Assembly: GCA_029564765.1 (NCBI GenBank)
Contig: JAKQPK010000019.1
Span: forward strand, 27,919-91,918
Length of the DNA: 64,000 nt
Direction of reading: 5' to 3'
Source: Candidatus Omnitrophota bacterium
GTDB taxonomy: Bacteria; Omnitrophota; Gorgyraeia; Zapsychrales; Aceulaceae
Within the stretch, counting starts at the first letter, position 1. Each line of letters begins with the position of its first letter. Position numbers and translations under genes: made by a program. The notes beneath the pieces were generated by a model. That model had not been told where the DNA came from, did not search any database, and saw only the letters and a list, made by a program, of their open reading frames with translations. Positions 58,684 through 64,000 of the stretch are shown piece by piece.

Positions 58684-59541
58684 CTACAGCGTTCGCACCA
58701 CAACAACATACGCATAGTGCCGGCCTAATTTTTCAGCAATGACCTGGGCCTTCTTTCGCGTTGGGACCAAGCCAAAAATGGATGGCCCACTCCCCGAGAA
58801 ACAGACATCAAGCCCTGAAATACGCTGAATATTGTTCTTTATGGTACGAAGTTGCGGATGGACGCGCACAATAGCTGCCTCCAAATCATTCGACAGGAAC
58901 TGACTCACCTTTCGGAGATCTTTTTTCCTCAATTCGTGAGTTAGGATATTAGCATTATCATTTCTTTTTGTCAACTTTCTTTTGACCGCTCTAAACACCT
59001 CTCCTGAATAAACTTTCAGGCGTGGCGTAATGATCACGTGCCACAATTTTTTGTTGATCCTGACCTTCCGGATCCTGTCCCCGCGCCCTGTTCCTATACA
59101 AAAATTATATTTATATATAAATAAAGGGACATCGCTGCCCAAGCGCTTAGCATACGCGATCAACGTTTTAGGGGGTAAATGCAGGTGCCAAAGCTTATTA
59201 AGCCCCAAAAGCGTGCTTGCGGCATTACTTGAGCCTCCCGCTAAGCCCGCGGCTACGGGGATACGCTTTGTAAGGTGGATATCAACACCCTGAGAAATGC
59301 CAAAATCCATCTGAAGCATCCTGGCAGCTTTGTAGATCAAATTCTTGGGCCCACAAGGAATGGACGGGTGGTCGCAGAAGATGCGGATCTTTCCGGAAGA
59401 CGTCAAAACAAAACGCAAATCATCATACAAAGATATTTTTTCAAACAGCGTAGAAAGATCGTGGTATCCATCAGGGCGCTTGTTGAGGACTTTTAAACAA
59501 AGATTGATCTTGGCTGGAGAGCGAAGAAAGATGCTTTTCAT
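58684..59541 (-). CDS. ispE: 4-diphosphocytidyl-2-C-methyl-D-erythritol kinase
   Basis: PAKINL.L, DGYH, KRIPVAAGLAGGSSNAA, GSDVP, SGSG. Confidence 0.96.
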   Translation of the reverse strand: MKSIFLRSPAKINLCLKVLNKRPDGYHDLSTLFEKISLYDDLRFVLTSSGKIRIFCDHPSIPCGPKNLIYKAARMLQMDFGISQGVDIHLTKRIPVAAGLAGGSSNAASTLLGLNKLWHLHLPPKTLIAYAKRLGSDVPLFIYKYNFCIGTGRGDRIRKVRINKKLWHVIITPRLKVYSGEVFRAVKRKLTKRNDNANILTHELRKKDLRKVSQFLSNDLEAAIVRVHPQLRTIKNNIQRISGLDVCFSGSGPSIFGLVPTRKKAQVIAEKLGRHYAYVVVVRTL

Positions 59542-59553
59542 AAAACACAAACG

Positions 59554-60561
59554 CTAAGGTTGGTTCAAAAGAGGCAATTTTCCGCTATGTTCAACGGCTT
59601 TTATTTTATTAAGAATATCTTCTTGGCCAGGCAGCATCTCCAAGGACTTCTCCCAATGTTTTAGTGCCGCTGCCGCATCATTCATCCGAAGGTACGTATC
59701 CCCCAAATGATCATAAATAATAGGATCCTGCATGAACTTTAAAGCGCGTTCTAGGAAAAGACGCGCTTTTTCATAATCACCTTTTTTATAATACGCCCAT
59801 CCCAAACTATCCAGATAAGCCCCATTCTCAGGGTCGATATCTAAAGCGCGCTGGACCAACGCCACGGCTTCATCCAAATTAATTCCATCTTCCGCATACA
59901 TGTACCCTAAAGAATTCAAACTGCCGTCATTATTGGGATCCAGATCAATGGACTTCTGAAAACAAGCAGCAGCTTTATCCCGGTCAGGAAGCTCAATATA
60001 GAGTGAGCCCAATATAGAATACAGCTCCGGGCTGGGGCCATTCATTAAAAGCGCTTTTTCAAATTCGTCGATCGCCTGCTTGATCTTTCCCTGAGAAAAA
60101 TATAGCTGACCAAGAAAAGCTGGAATATCCCCGCTATCCGGATTTTGTTCAGCGATCCGCCTTAAAACAAACTCATACTCCTTGTCCGCCTTATCATCAT
60201 TGGATTGAGAAGAGTAAATGATCGCAAGCAGATAGTGAGCTTCGACATCTTTAGGGTTAAGCTCCGCAGCTTTTTTAAGTTCATCGACTGCTTTATCTAA
60301 CTGGCCTAGCTTGCCATAGCCGATGCCAAGCCGCAAACGGATCGTATAGTTATCCGGCTCAAGGGCGGCGGCTTTCTGATATTCCTCCAGCCCCTGATCT
60401 TCTGTTTCATTCCACTCGTTCAAAAGACCCATCGTATAATGGGCTAGGGCTTCCGCCTTGATGTTCCTTTCAGCGGAAAAGCAGGGCGAAGATAAGAAAA
60501 AAACCCCTCCAAGCCAAAAGGCGCACGCCTTTAAGAGTGTTGTTCGAAAATGACTATTCAT
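59554..60561 (-). CDS. Exported TPR protein
   Basis: Signal peptide, about 8 TPRs, LN.LGY, YLDSLGWAYYK motif; the usual position upstream of ispE. Confidence 0.85.
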   Translation of the reverse strand: MNSHFRTTLLKACAFWLGGVFFLSSPCFSAERNIKAEALAHYTMGLLNEWNETEDQGLEEYQKAAALEPDNYTIRLRLGIGYGKLGQLDKAVDELKKAAELNPKDVEAHYLLAIIYSSQSNDDKADKEYEFVLRRIAEQNPDSGDIPAFLGQLYFSQGKIKQAIDEFEKALLMNGPSPELYSILGSLYIELPDRDKAAACFQKSIDLDPNNDGSLNSLGYMYAEDGINLDEAVALVQRALDIDPENGAYLDSLGWAYYKKGDYEKARLFLERALKFMQDPIIYDHLGDTYLRMNDAAAALKHWEKSLEMLPGQEDILNKIKAVEHSGKLPLLNQP

Positions 60562-60634
60562 GAGAGATGATTGTTTTCGCAAAGAAAGCTCGATCACTTT
60601 TCGTATGCTTGCTACCAAGCAAACTGACGATCTC

Positions 60635-60664
60635 AGCGCATGACGCCCTTAGGCGTCATGCGCT
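60635..60664. repeat. Perfect 13-bp hairpin downstream of the small basic ORF
   Basis: AGCGCATGACGCC-CTTA-GGCGTCATGCGCT; no U-tract after it on the minus strand. Confidence 0.75.
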
Positions 60665-60675
60665 AAAACACTGTC

Positions 60676-60774
60676 CTAGTGATCTCTTTTCTTCAAGTGA
60701 CGCATTGCCTTTCGTCGTTTCTTGCGCTTATGCGTCGAGATCTTCCTGCGTTTTCTTTTTTTACCACAAGGCAT
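60676..60774 (-). CDS. AURKAIP1/COX24-like (bS22/mS38-type) 32-aa basic protein, absent from the ORF track
   Basis: Manual translation MPCGKKRKRRKISTHKRKKRRKAMRHLKKRDH; SD AAAGGG. Confidence 0.85.
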   Translation of the reverse strand: MPCGKKRKRRKISTHKRKKRRKAMRHLKKRDH

Positions 60775-60802
60775 AATGTTAACCCTTTCGTTATAAGATC
60801 GC

Positions 60803-61678
60803 TTAATAAATAAGTTTATTTAACGCGTACTCAATGATTCCTTGGGCGCCAGCATCCTTAAGCTGCGGAATAAGCATCCGCACGGTACCCTCGCTGATCA
60901 CTGTTTCAATAGCAACCCATCCGTCTTTAGCCAGCGGAGCAATCGTTGGATTTTGCAAAGCCGGCAGAACTTTAAGGATCTTACCAAGATCTTTTTCTTT
61001 GGCGTTCATTTTAAGGCCAACCATATTTTCCGCCTCAAGCGCCCCTCGAAGTAACATAATGATCTGGTCCATTTTCTTACACTTCCAAGGATCTTTACAA
61101 GCCTTATTATTAGCGATGAACTGGGTAGTGGATTCACAGACCGTTGAGACAATACGAAGCTTGTTCGCACGTAAGCTACTACCGGTCTCCGTCAATTCAA
61201 CGACCGCGTCCACTAAGCCGGAAGCAACCTTGGCCTCTGTTGCCCCCCAGCTAAACTCGACCTCCGCCTTGACTTTATTTTTCTTGAGATATTTCTCAGT
61301 GGCTTTGACCAACTCTGTTGCGATACGCTTGCCCTTCAGATCTTTGACGGTCTTCATTGACGACTCTTCCGGAACAGCCAAAACCCAGCGCACTTTAGAA
61401 GCGCTTTGTTTTGCATACAATAGGTCCGCTAGATGCGCAACGCGAGAACCATTCTCTTCGATCCAATCTGCGCCAGTGATGCCACAGTCCAAAGCCTCAT
61501 CTTCAACATAGCGCGACATTTCTTGAGCACGCAAGAGCACGACCTCAATCTCGTCATCGTCGATCATGGGAAAATACGAACGGCTTGAAACACGGATCTT
61601 AAACCCGGCTTTCTCGAACAAGCTGAACGTTGCCTCTTGAAGGCTTCCTTTGGGCAGGCCTAATTTAAGCTTCTTCAT
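60803..61678 (-). CDS. hisG: ATP phosphoribosyltransferase (long form)
   Basis: [33 protein letters not shown]-terminal regulatory domain. Confidence 0.96.
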   Translation of the reverse strand: MKKLKLGLPKGSLQEATFSLFEKAGFKIRVSSRSYFPMIDDDEIEVVLLRAQEMSRYVEDEALDCGITGADWIEENGSRVAHLADLLYAKQSASKVRWVLAVPEESSMKTVKDLKGKRIATELVKATEKYLKKNKVKAEVEFSWGATEAKVASGLVDAVVELTETGSSLRANKLRIVSTVCESTTQFIANNKACKDPWKCKKMDQIIMLLRGALEAENMVGLKMNAKEKDLGKILKVLPALQNPTIAPLAKDGWVAIETVISEGTVRMLIPQLKDAGAQGIIEYALNKLIY

Positions 61679-61739
61679 ATATGTTTCCTTTTAAAATATT
61701 AATAATGGTATTCATTATAACAGAAAAACAAGAAACCGC

Positions 61740-61768
61740 ATTATACATTTGTCAAAATTGATTGTAAA
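61740..61768 (-). promoter_or_regulatory. Putative sigma70 promoter of the hisG operon
   Basis: TTTACA(61768-63), 17-nt spacer, TATAAT(61745-40). Confidence 0.6.
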
Positions 61769-61790
61769 GAGAAGAATAAAACGAGCTCTT

Positions 61791-61926
61791 AAGCTCTAGG
61801 TCCTAAACCCTAAATCCTAGACAGATCTAAATGTTCAAATGTCAAATTTCCGAAACAAAACGTTTTGGCGTTTATCCTTAGGATTTTAAATTTGTTTAGA
61901 GTTTCGGATTTCGTGCTTCGAATTTC
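61791..61926. repeat. Imperfect inverted-repeat element built of 7-nt units
   Basis: Left arm AAGCTCT AGGTCCT AAACCCT AAATCCT AGACAGATCT; right arm AAATTTGTTT AGAGTTT CGGATTT CGTGCTT CGAATTT. Confidence 0.7.
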
Positions 61927-63999
61927 TTAATTAAGGCTTACTTTTTCCGTCTCGCGGGCAGGATCGAGACTGCGGGCAGCCCTTAACTGCTTTTCTTCTT
62001 CAGGGGACAATCCTAAAAGCGGAAAAATATTAATGATGGGCGTGATGCTGATGATGACCGGTGCCAGGCCATCGATGTGGCTCCAATCGATGTTTTGGAA
62101 TGTTGGAGCCGTATCTAGTATCTGGTCGTTAGTATTTAGCGGTTTGCCATCACTAAATACTAAATACCCTTCACTATTCACTGGTCTCTTTATTTTCACA
62201 TTCATATTATCAGCGTTAAAATCGATCCCGCCTTTTGTTTTTTCCACCCCACCTTGTGGTAAGCTTACCGAACCATCCCCGGCTTGCGCTTCTTTAAGCT
62301 TCCGATAAATATCCGGATAATAAAGATAGAGATACCTTGGGCTTCCGGCGAATAACTCTGCTTCATTATCGATAAGTTCTTCAAACCGCTCAAAATCCAT
62401 GCTCCAAAATTCATCAATTTCATGAAGATTGTAATGCTTTTGAACTTGATCCATTTCTTCTTCGGAAAGTTGATAAGCATACGCTGTTGTAAATTCTTTA
62501 ATTTCCTCGCGCTTAATCCCGTTGGCTCCTGAAATCTCTAACAATCTTTCCTTGTTGATATGGATCCCGGCCTCTTCGTGGGCTTCCCTCAAGGCAGCCT
62601 CCATTGGGGATTCTCCCTCGTCAAGGTGCCCGCTCACTGAAACCTGTAATTTGCCGGGAGAGGTTCTCTTCTTTGCGCTTCTTTTTTGAAGCAACAGACG
62701 GCCTTGGGGGTCAATAAAATAAATGTGCGCGGTCGCGTGCCACAAGCCTTGACGATGAGCCTCCTCATAGCTAGCAACCTCATCTTTAAAACTTCCATTT
62801 TCATTTACAAGTCTTACCGGAGCGCTTTCTTGATCGTTTGTAGTTATTCCTTCTTTGCCGCCTTTTATGATTCTGATACCTTGCAACATAGCCTTAGAAG
62901 AAAATTTTTCTCCTTCCGTCTGTCCAAAGCCCCACGCCCCATCGGAAATTGGACTGGACATCATTGGCGAAAGAGCTTGATCATCAAGCGATTGGTTCGT
63001 AAAAACATAGATCGCTTTGTCTTTGTCCGTGTTCCAGATAAAATCTGTCGCTGGATAATCTTCGGGTGGATTTTCAAAAAGATCAAGATAGTGAAATCCT
63101 ACATTTTCAAGACCGGCTCTAAATCTTTCAAACGTTCCTGTATCAAAACGCGCTAAGCGCAGAAAAAGGATCGCGTTTTGCGCTGACAATAATCTGATCT
63201 CCGCGAAATAATTTTCCATGTCTCCATCTGGGTCAGGGGCGTTCATAAAGATCCAATCAAATTTCTTGTCCGCATGCCGGGCCACAATATCAGGAGCGTC
63301 TCCCTGATCGACTTCCTCCATCACAAAAACATCTGTGCCGTCTATTTTTTCTGTCGCAGAAAAATTCATCTTGCGAAGTTTTTCCACATCAAGAGCATAA
63401 ACAGATTCTTCATCAAGGATCGGTCGGTACCTCTCACTAAAAAGATCCTGCATAAACTGACCATCGCTACCAAAATCCAAAACCCTCACTTTGTCTTTCG
63501 GATTACGCATATAGGATGTAGAAAGGAAACTAAACGTATCTGTCGTTGGGATCTTGCCGAACATAAACGCGTTTAGATCTACACGACCGCGCGACGCGTT
63601 GACCGCTGAGCTGACGGGCACAATCTTTAGAGCCTCTTGCCGAATGGCTTCTTCCGATGAAAGTTCTTTATCCATAACAGCTTTCACTTGCGGCGAAAGA
63701 TCATAAAGCGTGGCTAGAGGTCTGCTCGTATGAAAAATAACCGGGACCTCAGGGAATCGCCTTGCCATTTCTTGCGCAAGCCAATCCCCGCCCTTGCTTG
63801 GCATTTCAAAGTCGGTCATGACCAGATGGACATTTTGGTCAGCGAGCTTGCGCAAAGCTTCTTCAGGCCCGCTTGCTTCAATGACCTCATAATCTTTAAT
63901 TAACGCCTTTTTTAGAAATGCTCTCCAGCGCTCTCGATTATCAACGACAAGAACCTTGGGGCGAGACTCCGCGACAGGATCCTTGCCTGGCTTGGCGAA
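61927..63999 (-). CDS. 3' end of a large modular protein: REC + MTase-like + NUDIX (IDI-like) + GGIDF C-terminal domain; runs off the window edge
   Basis: Frame open to the edge (FAKPGKDPVAESRPKVLVVDN..); REC LVMTDFEMP..FHTS..MDK; VLDFGSDG..FDWIFMNAP; GLWH..LLLQKRS..SGH..GES..AALREAHEEAG; GGIDFN..GLAPVIISITPI. Confidence 0.8.
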   Translation of the reverse strand, partial: FAKPGKDPVAESRPKVLVVDNRERWRAFLKKALIKDYEVIEASGPEEALRKLADQNVHLVMTDFEMPSKGGDWLAQEMARRFPEVPVIFHTSRPLATLYDLSPQVKAVMDKELSSEEAIRQEALKIVPVSSAVNASRGRVDLNAFMFGKIPTTDTFSFLSTSYMRNPKDKVRVLDFGSDGQFMQDLFSERYRPILDEESVYALDVEKLRKMNFSATEKIDGTDVFVMEEVDQGDAPDIVARHADKKFDWIFMNAPDPDGDMENYFAEIRLLSAQNAILFLRLARFDTGTFERFRAGLENVGFHYLDLFENPPEDYPATDFIWNTDKDKAIYVFTNQSLDDQALSPMMSSPISDGAWGFGQTEGEKFSSKAMLQGIRIIKGGKEGITTNDQESAPVRLVNENGSFKDEVASYEEAHRQGLWHATAHIYFIDPQGRLLLQKRSAKKRTSPGKLQVSVSGHLDEGESPMEAALREAHEEAGIHINKERLLEISGANGIKREEIKEFTTAYAYQLSEEEMDQVQKHYNLHEIDEFWSMDFERFEELIDNEAELFAGSPRYLYLYYPDIYRKLKEAQAGDGSVSLPQGGVEKTKGGIDFNADNMNVKIKRPVNSEGYLVFSDGKPLNTNDQILDTAPTFQNIDWSHIDGLAPVIISITPIINIFPLLGLSPEEEKQLRAARSLDPARETEKVSLN

Positions 64000-64000
64000 T

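Noticed and set aside
60834-61511. 225-aa plus-strand ORF
   Set aside because: Antisense shadow of hisG
61791-61926. CRISPR array or telomere-like repeat
   Set aside because: Units are degenerate 7-mers in inverted arms, with no repeat-spacer structure and no cas genes

Overview
Chromosomal window from a diderm (lipid A-making) bacterium. I infer Ca. Omnitrophota or another PVC member from the LpxC-FabZ fusion with LpxI, McsA/McsB/ClpC, a Zn-ribbon SpoVG and a modular protein ending in a GGIDF-type domain. All but two genes lie on the minus strand. Housekeeping blocks in transcription order are: hisG-(bS22-like)-TPR-ispE-spoVG-tRNA-Gln-(fluoride riboswitch+crcB)-glmU-prs-rplY-pth-rpsF-ssb-rpsR-rplI-dnaB-bamA-skp-lpxD-lpxC/fabZ-lpxA-lpxI; and lysS-lolCE-lolD-ilvE-mcsA-mcsB-clpC-X-radA-yacL-ispDF-cysES-tmk-holB-ricT-metG-mtnA-thiL-tsaEB-alr. 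An accessory region between them (about 26.3-44.3 kb) carries lexA, htpX, transporters and an 11-kb glycan-tailoring operon (3 radical SAM enzymes, GT9, GT2-methyltransferase fusion, split transketolase, YfhO-like GT-C, TPR). The right edge holds the 3' end of a large modular protein (REC + MTase-like + NUDIX + GGIDF C-terminal domain). Main leads: that modular protein, the radical-SAM sugar operon, a candidate new LexA operator on a leaderless lexA promoter, and a translational fluoride riboswitch directly behind a tRNA. No CRISPR array, transposase, integrase or rRNA was seen. All calls are by-eye motif recognition; no database search was run.
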